From Balanoglossus misakiensis (Eukaryota > Animalia > Hemichordata): a DNA stretch of 64,000 bases. Shown piece by piece: positions 36,401 through 50,700 of this stretch (within the stretch, counting starts at the first letter, position 1; each line of letters begins with the position of its first letter). Made by a program: the position numbers and the translations under genes. The notes under the pieces were generated by a model that was not told the origin of the DNA, did not search any database, and saw nothing but the letters and a program-made list of their open reading frames with translations. Location of the stretch: positions 13,827,834-13,891,833 of the forward strand of contig CM082579.2 in NCBI GenBank assembly GCA_040954595.2, given 5' to 3'.

Positions 36401-38385
36401 GGCATCTTGCAAATTTGCTTCTTTGCTATCGCTTCTAGTATAGTGGCTTGTGGTCGGTGTGAATGGTATAACGTCTACTAAACACGTAGTGCTTGAAGTG
36501 TATCGTTGCCCATACAACAGCTAACATCTCGCGTTCTATGTTGCTGTAGTTAGACTCAGCGGGGGTGAGGGCTTTCGATGCGAAATGGATTGGTTTGCCA
36601 TTCTGCAGTAACACAGCACCTAGACCTTTGCATGATGCATCACACTGGATCACGATTTCTTTGCTAGCGTCGAAGTAGGTAAGTACTGGCGCTTTGGTGA
36701 TAGCATTTATCCTGTGTAGTGCTTGGTCGTGGCTTTCAGACCAAATAAACAGGACGTCTTTCTGTAGTAGTTTTCTGAGTGGTTCAGTCAGTGGACTCAG
36801 CTTCACGAACTTTGACAGATAGTTTACGAGACTGAGGAGTGACTGTAGCTCTTGTTTGTTTGTTGGCGCTTTCAGTTTCTGGATTGCAGCCACTTTAGAT
36901 GGGTCGGGCGATACTCCATCTTTGCTCAGGATGTGTCCGAACAGCTTAAGTCTGTCTTTGTTAAACTGACATTTCTCGCCGTTGAGCTTGACATTGTTCT
37001 GTCTGCAGGCTTTCATGACATTTTGTATGGCTATGTCATGCTGTTGTCTGGATTCGGCAGCAATGAGGATGTCATCCTTTATGCAGTATTCATTGCTGAC
37101 CTTCTGGAAAATACGATCCAGCTCAATCTTGAATACTTCTTGGGCTGAGATGAGTCCAAACGGTAGGCGTGTGAAGCAATATCTGCCGTATATAGTGCTG
37201 AATGTGGTGAGGAGTTGCGATTCCTCATCAAGTGGGATATTCCAATATCCGCTTCTGAGATCAAGTGTTGAGAAGTACTTTGCGTTCTTCAGCTCTGGAT
37301 GAATGTCATCAAGAGTTTTCGCGTAGTAGTGTGGACGTTTGATGAACTTGTTAAGTTCGCGTGGGTCCAGACATATGCGTAGGGATCCGTCAGCCTTTGT
37401 GACAAGTACAATGTTGTTGACCCATTCAGTCGGTTCCTGTACTTCCCTGATGACGCCGATTTCAATCAGACGGTCAAGTTCTTGTCTGAGAGGGGTTTTC
37501 AGTGCGTCGGGTGTTCTCCTTGTTGCGTTAACTGTGGGCACTGCTCCACCAGACAGCTGGATTTTGTGTTCATTTTGGATTGTGCCAACACCTTCGAACA
37601 CATCAGCGTTGTCATTGATGAAATGTTCCTTGCTGGTGTACGATGCGATTTCTTTCACATCGAATTTCTCAAAGCAGCTGTGTCTATCACAGGGAAATTT
37701 CACAAGTCCTAGCTTGGCGCATAAGCTGAGGCCGAGTAGGTTGTTCCCCTGTTCTGAGATGAAGGACACGACGTTAAGTAGACGGGCGTTTTGATGCTCG
37801 ATGACCGGGACAGTTACTTTCCCATGGTTTGGGAAACGTTTGCCTCCATATCCGCTAAGACGCATATCAGTTGTGTCTGGCTTGTGGTTTGGGCCAAACA
37901 GTGTTCGGTATGTGGTATAGTCATGCGTTTTCTTATCATGCTGATCAGCTGGTTGAGTGTTTTTATTGGTGGTAGAGCGGCATTTCTTTGCCCAGTGGTT
38001 GCGTTTGCCACATTTCCTGCAGTCCTGTCCGAAAGCTGGACATTTTCTTGGCGGGTGGTCCAGGCCACAGTTTCTGCATTCCCCACCTGTGTTTTGCTTC
38101 AGCTTGCTTTGTTTGTGGTTATGCACCTTCGCCCTGGCGGAGTGTACAACTTCTCCTGGTTCAGGCGGCGTTGCTTGCCCCATAGTCTTCAGTGCAGATA
38201 CATGTGCATTGGCGGCTTCATAAGTTCTACCGAGGGCTATGGCTTCATTGAGCGTGTATTTTTTAGGCTTTGTTAACAGCTCTTTCTGGAACTCAAGTAT
38301 TGGCGTAGCGGCAATGATTAAATAGGTCGAAGGATTCAGTTAAATTGTCCGACTCCCAGTTCATAACCGGTATTTTGTTTGCCAT
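33425..38385 (-). pseudogene. pol: Gypsy gag-pol (zinc knuckles, RT, RNase H, integrase), frameshifted, deleted and interrupted
   Basis: CRNCGLDH..CPA..CRKCGKRNHWAKKC; LRICLDP, LDLRSGYW, RLPFG, IKDD; CDAS; HQGVEK..YWP; DLF..VDYY, ISDNG; protease DTG and part of gag missing. Confidence 0.9.
33781..35298. mobile_element. 1.5-kb non-autonomous TIR element with 7-bp TSD (P/Galileo-like, tentative)
   Basis: TIRs 33781-33970 and 35119-35298 with internal CTGCGCCA subrepeats; CCTCCAT at 33774-33780 and 35299-35305; removing it restores integrase-tail reading RANSNGG-HAEK. Confidence 0.85.
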
Positions 38386-38899
38386 GGTCGTTTCGGGAAA
38401 TGTGCTCGCTGTGTGTTGCTAGGTATATGCTATACATTAGGCTAGGCTGTGTTCACATCAAAAGTCAACTTACGCCAATTGCTTCGGATTGGGTATCACT
38501 CGTCTTCTGATGTCAACCGTCGCTGGGTCACCATGTTATGTTTACTGACTCGGTGAGATCAGGTAATGTTTTGTGTAACTCGTTTAATGAGAAACTTCAA
38601 CTGGAACACGAACACAACAACTGTACGTTCTGCTAGTACAAGATGGCAGCCATGAACGCGGGAAAAATCATGACCTTACAATGTCATATGAACTCTGCTA
38701 GAGGGCGCTCTATCAAAGCATTGCATGTGGTATGCTATAGTGAGATTATAGGTATATCATAACAGACATTTTTTTAAATTTAATTTATTTAATTTAATTT
38801 GGGCGATAAAGAATTTTACAGCGCTCAAAAAACAGAAGCTGATACATTTAAAGGTACAGATACAGATTCAGTAACAAATATTACATATTAAATTGTGGT

Positions 38900-41800
38900 A
38901 TATATTAAATTGTTGTATATGCAATTTCAAAGGAGATTCTCAAGTTACAGATATCATTATACATCAACATTTTCCCATTTCAGTAAAGCATTCTCTATAC
39001 AGTTATTTCTTTTGGCAATATACATTTCCACTTTCTTCATAATTCGTACATATATTTTCACAATATTAAAGGAAGGGAGACCTTACAATCATAAATAGTA
39101 TTCTTTGTGACAAGTATTACGTGATTTAAAAGTGAATTAAGAGATGCATCTCCCAAGAGAATTTGTTTAGCGGAAGGATTAGGAGGTGCATCAAGTGCAG
39201 AGCCCCACAGGAGCAAAAAGCTTCTCCATAAAGTTTGTACACATTCACACTCTACAAATAGATGAAGAATGGTCTCGTCGACTTTTTGACAAAAAGTACA
39301 AAGACTACTGTTAACTCTGGGAGGATTCATACGAAACAAAATACGGTTTGTACATAAAACATTATGATTTAACTTCCACTGGAACTCTTGCAATTTTTTT
39401 TCTATTGTGACCTTGAATGGTAGTGCAAAAATATGACACCACTCATTTTTGTCCACAGTTAAAAAACTGTGAAAAGTACAGCACACTCTTTGGAGGAAAT
39501 ACATAACTTGCTGTGAAAAGTTTTCTAATATTTTTCACCGTACACTTCCTCAATGGCATAACTTTGTTACAAATTATTACACTGATAGGCAATTCTGGCC
39601 TAATTACTTCCACATTACATTTCTTCCAATTTGATGGAATTGACTGTAAAATACCTTGCCATTGTAAAAGATGGTTAAGAGTACATCCCATAGCAGATAA
39701 ATCAATCCACGTTTTCAAATTATTGTATTGATTAAAGATGTCTACAATGTACACTATACCTTTTTGGAAGAAAAGCTTATTAAAAATTCAACAATTGTTA
39801 ATGAGAATTTCTTTGTTGTCCCAAATGATTTGTTGCGTAATACCAAAATAATTACAAGGATTAATGTCACTCCAAAATTCCAACATTTCAATGACAAAGT
39901 CTGGTAGTTGAATGGGAAGAGGTTTTACACTGTAGTTACACCTGAAAATGAGTCTGCCACCAATTGGTTGCAGAAAAAAATCCAAAATTAGTTTCCATGG
40001 GAGCTTTGTCTCAGACACGTAGCGCTTAATCCATGAAATTTTAAAAGCTTTGTACAATGCAAAAATGTCTATCATGCCTATTCCCCCTTCTCTAATATCA
40101 CCGATTATCGTATTTCTGCTGACCCTATCAGGGCCATTCCAAATAAATTTGTGGATGACATTGTTAATTGTTTTGATATCTGAGAATTTGATATTTATAA
40201 GGTTGAAAATGTACAGAAACTTGGAAATGATCAATGTTTTAACAATCTGGATTTTACCAATTAAGGTAAGCCCTCTGGACCGCCAGTGGCAAAGCAAACG
40301 TGACATTTATAAGCAGCAGCAAGGTTATAAGAAAAGAAAATGCCCACAATTTTAATTGGCGTCTCTGGCCATTTTATACCAAAAGGTTTATCCTCTCTGT
40401 GCCTCCCTTTGCCAAGCCACATAGCTTCCGTTTTGTTACGATTTATACATAAACCAGATGCTAAATGAAAATTGTTTAAAAGAGAAAAAAGATTCACAGC
40501 AGATGTTTCGTCTGCCAAGAAACATGTCAGATCATCTGCAAATGCAGCATTTTTGATTTCTTTGTTTAATATACCAATGCCATGAATATTATCATTTTGT
40601 TGAAAAGCAACTGAAAGTACTTCCAACCCAATGATAAAAAGAGCTGGGGATAGAGGGTCTCCTTGACGAACACATCGCTGTAAATCAAAATATCCTGTTG
40701 AGAGGCCACAATTAAGAACACAGCTGGTTGGATGTGAATAAAAAGTGCGAATCCAATTCATAAGAGAAGGGCCAACATTTAAAGCTTCAAGAGCTTTATA
40801 CAGAAATGGCCATTCTAGGCTGTCAAAAGCCTTCTCAAAAGCTACTGCCATAAGAATACCAGGTAAGTTTTCCATTTTTGTAAACTCCAAAATGCTATCT
40901 ATGATTCTTACACAATCACCTATTTGACGACCCTTTATAAAAGCACACTGGGTCTCATTAATAATATTATGCAAGATCTTGTCTAAACATCTAGAAATAC
41001 ATTTCGCACCAATCTTGTAATCAACATTTAAGAGTGTAATGTGCCTCCAGTTTTTAACAAAACGTTTGTCTTTACCCTTTTTCTCAATGCTTCTGACTGT
41101 TTGACAAAACACCCATCTCATAACCTTTGTTTAAAGAATTAACAACATAGTAACCTATAAGAGGCCAAAATTTCATATAAAATTCAACAGACAGGCCATC
41201 ATTACCTGGAGTTTTGTTTGATGGCATACTAGAGAGGGCCTGGAACGCTTCATCATAAGTGATGAGGCCATCACAAGAGGCGCTATCTGTATCAGTTAAC
41301 ATGGGCAAGTTTACCATGTTGAAAAAGTCAGTAATGGAGTTCAGATTTTCATGATTTTGTTTACTATGATAAAGCTTGGAATAAAAAGACTTAAGTTCTC
41401 CTAAAATCTCTTGAGAGTCCGTAATCCTCCTCCCTTCATCATTTATAATTTGGACAATGTGGGACTTCTTAGAATTAACCTTTTCCAAACTAAGAAAATA
41501 ATTTGTATTCTTTTCCCCCAGCTCATACCAGTTTGCTCTTGAACGAATAATGCTACCTTCAACAACGTAATCTAATTCTATCTGCAATTCCTTTCTTATA
41601 CATTCAATCTCATCCCTAATCTCATTGGATGGATCAGAAGCTAGAGCTACCTCCATATGGGTAAGCTTGGTCTCAAGCTCAGAAATATTATCTCTTCTAG
41701 CTTTTGCCTTTTGTTTCCCATAAGAAAGAGAGGCTGTCTTAATTTTGTACTTCAAAAAATCCCAAACTTGAATTGGCTCTTGAGAGTGCTACTCATCTAC

Positions 41801-42623
41801 CCAATTTTCAAAGTTGCCATAAATAAGTTTGATAAACTGATCATCTAGAAGAAAGCTATTATTGAACTTCCAGTAGGAACGCCCAAGCCTGGCTCGACTA
41901 TCACCAATGGAAAGAGTAATTGCAGAATGGTCACTATAATTACAAGAAATGATATCTGTATCTGAGACAGCTTGCTGCAGAGAGCTGCTCACTAAGAAAT
42001 AATCTAAATGACTCTGAATTAACTCGGGACGCAATTTGCTCCAGGTAAAACGTCTCGTGGAAGGATTACGGACTCTCCAAATATCCGAAAGATCAAATTT
42101 AGCACAAAGCTCACTCAAAATAGTAGCTGACTTTTTCCACGTGGTTGGGTTTCCACCTTTCCTGTCAAGTTAGGATTTATAGTCATATTATGATCCCTTA
42201 CCCAAATAATCTCTCTATCTGGTTCTATTTCCATAGCATAAAGCATTTCAGTGATCTGTGAAAGATATAAAACATGCGCAGTTTCATTATTTGGACCATA
42301 ACAATTTATGAGTAAATACGGCTTTTCAAAAATATCTTCTGAAATAATAATCCGACAATCTTTATCGGTACTTACATTATAAATAGAGAAATGTACATTT
42401 CTAAAAATAACAAGTACACCTCTACTATTGAAGGTACCGTGTGAAAAAAATGGCCAGGGAGTAGACTTGGCCACAGCTGTTCATCTTTAGGCACACTATG
42501 AGTTTCTTGAAGGAAAATGATATTTGGATTTTTCTTTTGCAACCACTGAAAAACACCTTTTCGTTTCTTATAGTTAGCAATACCACGCACATTTGCTGAA
42601 ATTACATTATAGTTCTCTGACAT
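38900..42623 (-). pseudogene. L1/Tx1 ORF2 (APE endonuclease, RT, C-terminal Zn finger), multiple frameshifts
   Basis: NVRG..LQETH, LDYF, SDH (EN); PGNDG, FEKAFDS, RQGDPLSP, FADD (RT); CTFC..ETILHLFVEC. Confidence 0.93.
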
Positions 42624-44345
42624 CAAATTTGACAGAAAATAACTGTACAAAGATGCACTGAATTTTTTCTAAATCTCCCAAAATTTTCAAAATAGAAAAG
42701 AAAAAAGGAAAAAAAATGAACTCTACAAAGAGCTCAGCAAAGACCGAAAACAAAAGAAAAACAAAACAACAGGCAAGGTGGAGGATCTGGTACATGGCGT
42801 AAAGCAATTTAGGGAGGTGTGGGGAAAGAATATCTCCCCAACAGCGATAACCATAGTCAAAAGCATAATTGACTAATGCAGTAAAATGAGAAAAGAGAGA
42901 GAGAGAAAAAACAAGACATGAATGATCACAACATCGAATAACAGGTCAACAAAAAGCATTTCTCTAATGGCAGGTGTCCATGTATACAGACAAGTAAAAG
43001 AGGACTGATCACCAGTAGCGACATTGCTCTCACACTGACATCAAAAGGATATGATAAATTAAAGCTGCAAGCAGCGTTGGCGGGGCACAAGCGGTTCCCA
43101 TGGTAACCAGCAAATGCCAAGGCTGTATCTGCTGTGGATGCCAAGATATGGGGAAAGTAGGTCAAAGGTCACCTGAGGTCACGCCAAATTTGGGGAAAAC
43201 AGTTTGACACTGTACAGGTCCATGTCCACCAAAAACCCAACCTCTAGCTTGTGGTTAGCTTGGAATGAAATATGTGCATAATTAATGAGGTATTGTGTAA
43301 GACTCCATTATGTGCTCAAATTCCCCAAATGCCAGGGCTTTATCTGTTCTGGTACCCATGTCCACAATAATCAAACATATACCTGCATTTGTTGGTGTAG
43401 TATATTAGACATGTGCATATAATTAAAAAAGCGCTGAAACAATGTGAAAATTGGAGTGCAAAGTTTGCTTCTATACCTATTCAGGCTATTCAAATACCAA
43501 ATTAAATTGTGCCTGCATGTGTTCATAAACGTTTAAATATGCTTGACATCCATTAGTGGTATGAACTTTCGCTCGTTCACTCGTACAACTATTTTGGTGT
43601 TTTTATTATTAGCTCTTTTGTTGATGATGATGACATTAAGTGACAAATGCGTTAAATATGTATTTGTGACAACTTTCTTTCAAGAATAGTTGTTCACTGT
43701 TCTACCCAGGTGAATACGAGACTATTTCAGTCATTTTGCAGAAATTTATACTGCTTCCAGCTGTGGTCTATCTTTACAGGTACTAACAACAATTTCCGTG
43801 CCCAATAACAATTGTTTCAGAAGGCTGAATGTTTATGCCTGTACATATATAAATTCAGTACAGTGCATACACTGGAGAAATATTTTAAACTCATTTCTGT
43901 ATTGAAAACCTTTTGGACGGTGCATACATGTATCTGTGTCATGTATATTTTTCTATAACCTTACCTGATTCAAATAAATGAAATGAACATCATAAAAGCA
44001 GACCTTTTTGGTAGCTTAATCATAAAATAAGGGATGATCATAATAATTGGAATTCAATAAGGTCAGGTTCATCCAAAATAAGTTTCAGTGCCACATACAT
44101 AGTGCAAAGTCCATGAACTGCCAATTTGCCCACCCACTGTATATATAGGCTCCTATACCGCTCAGCGCCACCAACGGAAGAATGGAGAGAAGAGATTTTC
44201 ATTCACGTTGATCTTATCATTAGATGTTTGCACCAAAATATAATAAATGAGCAATGATAACGATGGGGAAATTAATTATATGTTGATTGAAACATAACAG
44301 TCATCGCAAGTGTAACAACGAACTCGTTTATTTGAACGTCTTGGG

Positions 44346-44436
44346 CGGAAGTGACGTACAAAAGAAAGGCAGAATACCAATGTTTGGGGGCGCTATACCA
44401 ATTACAGCCACACTCTATACTGAACTACTGGTGAGT
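44346..44436 (+). promoter_or_regulatory. Putative Helentron promoter and first splice donor
   Basis: CGGAAGTGACGT (ETS/CRE-like) at 44346-44357; CTG|GTGAGT donor at 44430/44431. Confidence 0.4.
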
Positions 44437-44814
44437 ATTATTTTGTAAAGCCCGTCTTTCGAAAATTAGTTTTAGATAAGCGATCCCGATGTTTCAAGGC
44501 ACGAAAGATATATGACACTGTGCGGGAAGATGTTGGGTTATGAGTACTTGATGGCCATCATCGAAGTTTAATTCGATTGTGTGAAATTATTGACGATTCT
44601 TTTCGATCGCTGACACAGCTGCCTAAAAAGTAGGGTTAGGGACTTAGGGTAAAAATAGAATCGCGACCACCACATGCGGTCTGCAGGTGAGTTTGTTTTG
44701 GTTCTTTCTTGAAACGTGCAGCTTTTTGGATGAAATAATACATTACAGAACCCAGCAAAACTGTAAGTATCTGTGCAAATGGTTCGCTAAGCCTATGTAA
44801 TCGAAGGGAAATCC

Positions 44815-44909
44815 TTAGCTGCAATGATTGTAGCGGGTGCTGCTAGGTTGACTGATGCTGCGGACACACCAGTCAACCTAGCAGCACCCGCTACAATCAT
44901 TGCAGCTAA
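44815..44909. repeat. Perfect 40-bp inverted repeat with 15-nt loop
   Basis: Arms 44815-44854 and 44870-44909 are exact reverse complements. Confidence 0.95.
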
Positions 44910-45787
44910 TAAACACATTCTCAGTTTTGTACATTTCATATTAGTGTCATTGAGGAAGAAATTGCAGTTATATTAAACCTTGGGAATATGTTCAAGAAGC
45001 AACGAATTGTAGTTTTAGCTGTGAATTGAATAAGTCATTTCTATAGTCTATTAGAGGTATATGCATAGATTGCAAATAGTATTGCTGGGTATTCTTATGT
45101 TGCATTTAGACTACAATGCTGCACAAGTAGAATGAACCACAACAAAGTCACCAGGGTGAAGTGTTCATGACATACTGTAAAACAGGTCATTGGCATGACA
45201 TGAAATTTTTGCTATATCAAAAGAAGCAACTGTTACGTGAGGATTAATTTTTGCTTGGTTTCATGTCTGTTCGTGTGCCAGTTTAGTTGAGTGTGTGGCA
45301 CATATGTGAATGTTGGTATATACAGCCTGTGCACAGTGTATATAATTGCACCATGTGATTGCGTGTGTTTGGACCTTTGCACCTCTTTGATGCCTGTCCG
45401 TCTGTGTGCTAGTTCATCAGAGTGTGGATGCGTGTGTGTAGGTATGTCTATGTATCATGTGTTTGCATCTTTTTCTGAATCTTTGTCTGCATGTCTTTGT
45501 TGATTCATGTATGTCTGGAACTCCTGTCTGTGTGCAAGTTTATCAAAGTGGGTGTGTGTGGCTAGGTATTAGTACTACATGTACCCTTTGTTTATGTCTG
45601 GGTGTGCACTGTCAGCCGTTCTGGATTGGCTGTGTTGTATATGTACATTGAATGATTTTTGTGTCACTATGCATGGTTCTATTGTGTATGCAGAAAACAA
45701 TGTACTTACATGTATTTTGATATGCAGTATTCAGTCTTTGTAAAGGTGTTTGAATGTAAAGTGTGATGATGGGGAATGGGATCACTC

Positions 45788-46520
45788 AGGGACCGTTCAG
45801 TTTTTACGGCCGGGGGGGGGGGGGTGGCGGGGGGGGGGGGGGGATCAAAATCCAGGGGGGTGACTTAAGTCCAACAAGAGGGGGGGGGTCATCTGTTTTT
45901 TTAAATGTTTAGGGGGGTCACATACTTTTGCCACCGAACTTTTGCTTTTGAGTACACAAAATTGCAGTTTCACGCCCTTTATTTTACAAAATTTTCTAAT
46001 GTGGGAGGGGGACACCAACCCCCTCCATTCTCCCCCACATTGCATTTATTCGCTGGTTTGTCTAGTGTACAGGGCAGACTTCTTCCCACCCTACCCCGAT
46101 GCTTCTTTTGAGTGGAGTGGCAAAATTAAAATTTGTCCTCCCTAACATTAAGTTAATTTGCTGAGTTCATTAAAATGCAACTTTGAGCACTGTATTTTAC
46201 CAAATTTTCTTATGTGGGAGGGGGACACCCCCGCCACTTTTCTTTTTTTACCAATTCTACCAACTATTGTATTGGATTGTCATTTTAGTTTGTTCATTTA
46301 ATTTAATGTCTAATTGAGGCGAGAGGAGCCTCATTCCATTTATTGCATACAGTGTACATAGGTTCATGTTTTCGGCATGGGGGGGGGGGGTCATCATATT
46401 TTTGGGTCTGTCAAAGGGGGGGGGTCATCATTTTTTGGTCCTTGGTGAAGGGGGGGTCGGCCTGATTTTGAAAATCGATGACACAAACTTGCCCCCCCCC
46501 CCCTGGCCGTAAAAACTGAA
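45788..46520. mobile_element. G-run-rich MITE-like element with one truncated TIR
   Basis: TTCAGTTTTTACGGCC + poly-G at left; poly-C + GGCCGTAAAAACTGAA at right; outer AGGGACCG has no partner; no TSD found. Confidence 0.6.
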
Positions 46521-47761
46521 AAACTGTTATAAGGGTGGTAATTTCAATGACTCCTTTATGATGTTATATCTGGCACTGTCTTTTATCTTTTTGTATGTGG
46601 TTGTATGTGTTTGCTTTGATTGTATTGGCGCATATACTGTAGTCTGTTATGTTTAGTGAAGATAAAGAGGAAATGCCTGATGGAAATAGATGAACTGGAT
46701 TTTATGCAGAAATAATATGCATGTATTCTGTTGGATTCAGTGGCAAACATGTACACCTATAACCAGTAATGATAATTTATATTATTTGCTTTCTTGCAGT
46801 TTTGTATAACCAAAGATATCCCAAGGTAAGTGTGTCTGCCATGTGAAGAGACCTTCAGCATAATGCACTGCAGTACAGTTCTGCATGTGATTCATTGCAG
46901 GTTACTTGTCATAACTCTGCTCTGACACAGAGCTTATCAGATAAGACAATTGTTCATAGGTTGTCTGTCATGTGTCAACACAAGTGTTCTGTTAAATAAC
47001 TAGTGCAAATGTGTTTAAATTTTATATGCATGTTTGGCCTTAGTATAGTTTTTGGAAATTGTGAAATTTGGGTATATAATTAAACCCTCTTAGTATCCAA
47101 GTGTCCAATTGCCTTGAAATGTACAGTCACTATGTGTAAATACAACAAATGCCATAATTTGAGTGGGAAATTTTTGCTGAGCTAAATTTCTTTAATCACG
47201 TCCTGTGTGAAAAAAATGTCTATAGTTTGTTTGAGAATGGCACATGCTGTCTTACTACTTTGACTTTATTGTATGTGCATGAAGTCAACAGATGTTGGAA
47301 TAGTTTCTACAGAAATGTCTACTTGTCTTACCCAGATTGCAAACAAATATTTCAAAAAGGTAAATGAGAAGAAAGTGTGATCGGCTGAATCTATGAATCT
47401 CAAACTTGGCACAATTATGTGGGCCTATGTAATTTCATGCATAACACTCTTGAATTTTTAATTACTCACTGTAATTGTCAGCTTTGATTGGAATTTTCAT
47501 ATGGACCTTATTTATATTAAAATGTGGAATAAAAAATCTGTTGACAGTCCTTGTACACTACATGTACCGGTATATGGTCAGGATCCCACATGCCAAATTT
47601 CAAGGTTGTGGACCATGTCAACAGGTTTATCCGTGACCTTGACCTACCCATAGGCCTATACCTCTACAGTGAAGCTATCACCACATTTTATTCTGGCATT
47701 CTGGTCTGTACAATAGTCCCGGACATTAAAATGTTAACAGTTATGTATTTATTGATTTCAG

Positions 47762-50700
47762 ATGCCACGCTCTAGGAACTGGAGGAAGAAGAGGAGTCAG
47801 ATGAAAGAGGATGCTGCCCTCTCAAAAAACAGCTTCGATATGACAGAGGATGCTGCCCTCTCAAAAAACAGCTTCGATATGACAGAGGATGCTGCCCTCT
47901 CAAAAAACAGCTTCGATATGACAGAGGATGCTGCCCTCTCAAAAAACAGCTTCGATATGACAGAGGATGCTGCCCTCTATAATCTCAGCGACAATACCCT
48001 TCGGGGTGCCAGCCTTCGGTGTTCGAAGGATCAAAACTGTGAAACTTCCCTTCGGGGTTCAAACCTTCGGTGTTCGAAGGGTCAAAACTTTGAAACTTCC
48101 CTTCGGGGAACCAATGAATCTAGGGTACCTGCAAATGGTGACATTGTCACTTATGTTAATGGCAATTTACAGATTGAGAAAGCAGTTGATATTGCACACA
48201 AGAGAAATGACAATGAATGTATTCTTCATAATGTTACTGCGAATGAATTTTTGTTCTCTCCTGTAACCACCACCATATGCCAAGAGTTATGCTGTAAGCT
48301 TCACATTAAATATGGAAATAAAGTTGAAATGCTCGATGAAATTCATAGTGTTGAAATTGGTGAACCATGCAATATCAAATCTATTGTCGGTGATGGTAAT
48401 TGTTTGTTTAGAGCTTTGTCGTATGCCATAAGTGGCAGTGAACGTAACCATGCTGTAATGCGAAAGGCCATTGTAAATCACATGATTGCAAATGACAGTG
48501 CATATTTTGGTTGGCTGGACCCAGACCAAGGATATACATCAGTTGCTGATTATATTGCAAAGTCTAGAATGAATTGTCTAACAATCTGGGGTTCCGAAAA
48601 TGAGATCTTGGCTGCTGCCGATCTCTTACAAACTGACATCTATGTGTATAGTTCTGGAACATGGCTGAGACATTATTGTAATGCAATTAATAAAAGTAAT
48701 GTTGATAAAGGTGTAGGTATATACCTGAACCATCGCAACAGAGACCATTTTGAAATTGTCAAGAGTGTAAAGACACCTGAGATGGTAACATCTGACTCTA
48801 CACACATTGAATGTGTTGAACTTGTCTCAAGTGAAGGTATGACTAATGAATTCCACAATGAGGCAGATAGTGGCAGTTGTGTTCCACTAAAGAGTCCATT
48901 GGACAAGAAAGGAAATTTCCACTTAAGTGATGAAACTGAAAGTGTTACAAAAGGAAGAGGTAAGCGACCAGCAATGAGTGAACGATTACGAAAGAAAATC
49001 AGAAAACAAAAATATGAATGTAATGAGACCACTGCAAAGAGCTGCAGGGCAATATCTGAATCAGAATTGTACCACAGTAATTCTCAATATAGAGAGACGA
49101 AGAAGTTAAAAAGTAGACAGCATTATCATCAGATCCGAGAAAGTAAGAAACAAAAAATGAAAGATTTATATGAACAAAATGCCGACTATCGGGACGCCAA
49201 AAAGACACAGTCCAGGGTTAAATATGAACAAAATCCTGATTTGCGGGAAGCAAAGAAGGCACGCATAAGAGTAAATTACGAACAAAATCCTGATTTTCGG
49301 GAAGCACAAAAGGCACGCATAAGAGTAAATTACGAACAAAATCCTGATTTTCGGGAAGCACAAAAGGCACGCATAAGAGTAAATTACGAACAAAATCCTG
49401 ATTTTCGGGAAGCACAGAAGGCACGCATAAGAGTAAATTACGAACAAAATCCTGATTTTCGGGAAGCACAGAAGGCACGCATAAGAGTAAATTACGAACA
49501 AAATCCTGATTTTCGGGAGGCACATAAGGCAGAAATGTCCAAAAAATTATCAAAACAATATCACACAGACATAGGCTTTCGTGAAGCAAAGAAGGCAAAA
49601 TTGGTAGAGAAATACGAACAGAATGATCTTTACAGAGAATGCAAGAAGGCACAGAGTATTCAACGATATGAGAATGACCCTCATTACAAAGATAATGCAT
49701 TGAAGAGAAGCAGGTGTCAGATGATACAGAATGACATTGACAAGCAAAATGTTCAGCATGTTATTGCTAATTTTAGAAATACTGCCTCAGAAGGTCCAAA
49801 TTGTGTATGTTCAGTTTGTCATCGTCGACTTTTCAGGAAACAAGTAATTGTTTGCAACAAGGATAAATATTACAGTAACAGAATTACATCTGATATTGCT
49901 GTGAAATGTATATCAGAAGAATATGTTCACAAATGTGCCTCGACATGTATGGCTGACTGCCCTCTCAAGAATAATGCAGCCAGTAAATTGTGGATTTGTT
50001 TCACATGCCATAGAAAACTTTTACGTGGAGAGATGCCAGTTCAAGCTGTTGCAAACAACCTTCATGTCACATCAGTCCCTCCTGAATTGAAATGCCTCAA
50101 CTCACTTGAGCAACATTTAATTGCATTAAATATTCCATTCATGAAAATGTTGGCATTACCTAAGGGTGGTCAGAATGGAGTCCATGGACCTGTAGTGTGT
50201 GTCCCTTCTGATATAAAGAAGGCTACAAATATTTTGCCACGGAATGAGTTTGATGATCAGATGATAAGGGTGAAATTGAAGCGAAAACTGAGTTATAAAG
50301 GTTACTATGAATATCAGTTTGTAAACAAACGACACATTCAGAATGCTTTGGAATACCTACAGACAAATAATCAGTATTACAGTGATATAACATTCAATAT
50401 GAATTGGAAAAATACTCTTGAAAAGACTGAAGAAGTTATTTCAGATGCTGAAAGCGAATCAGAAAAGTCTAACACCAAAAGCAATGATGAAAACAATGAA
50501 AAGACCAAAGGAAATGTTTCAGATACTGAAAGTAATGATGTGTCATCAGACACAGAAGATAACAATGTGTCCAACAAAGATACTAATGGAATATTGATGG
50601 ACACATGCCTCCAACCAATTGACATAGGTCAGGATATTCTTGATTATCACTTTGAGGATATATCTTGTGTTGCTCCTGCAGAGGGTAATAAACCTGTTAG

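Larger units (their letters stand above)
32932..38764 (-). mobile_element. Ty3/Gypsy (Mag-like) LTR retrotransposon, internally deleted
   Basis: 231-bp TG..CA LTRs at 32932-33162 and 38534-38764; PPT (AAGGAGGGGGA on minus) at 33163-33173; PBS TGGTGACCC.. (tRNA-Trp-like) adjoining 38533; 5-bp flanks GACAC/GACAT. Confidence 0.93.

Noticed and set aside
45291-45651. Cys-rich ORFs (metallothionein-like)
   Set aside because: Arise from TG-rich low-complexity sequence with no consistent motif.
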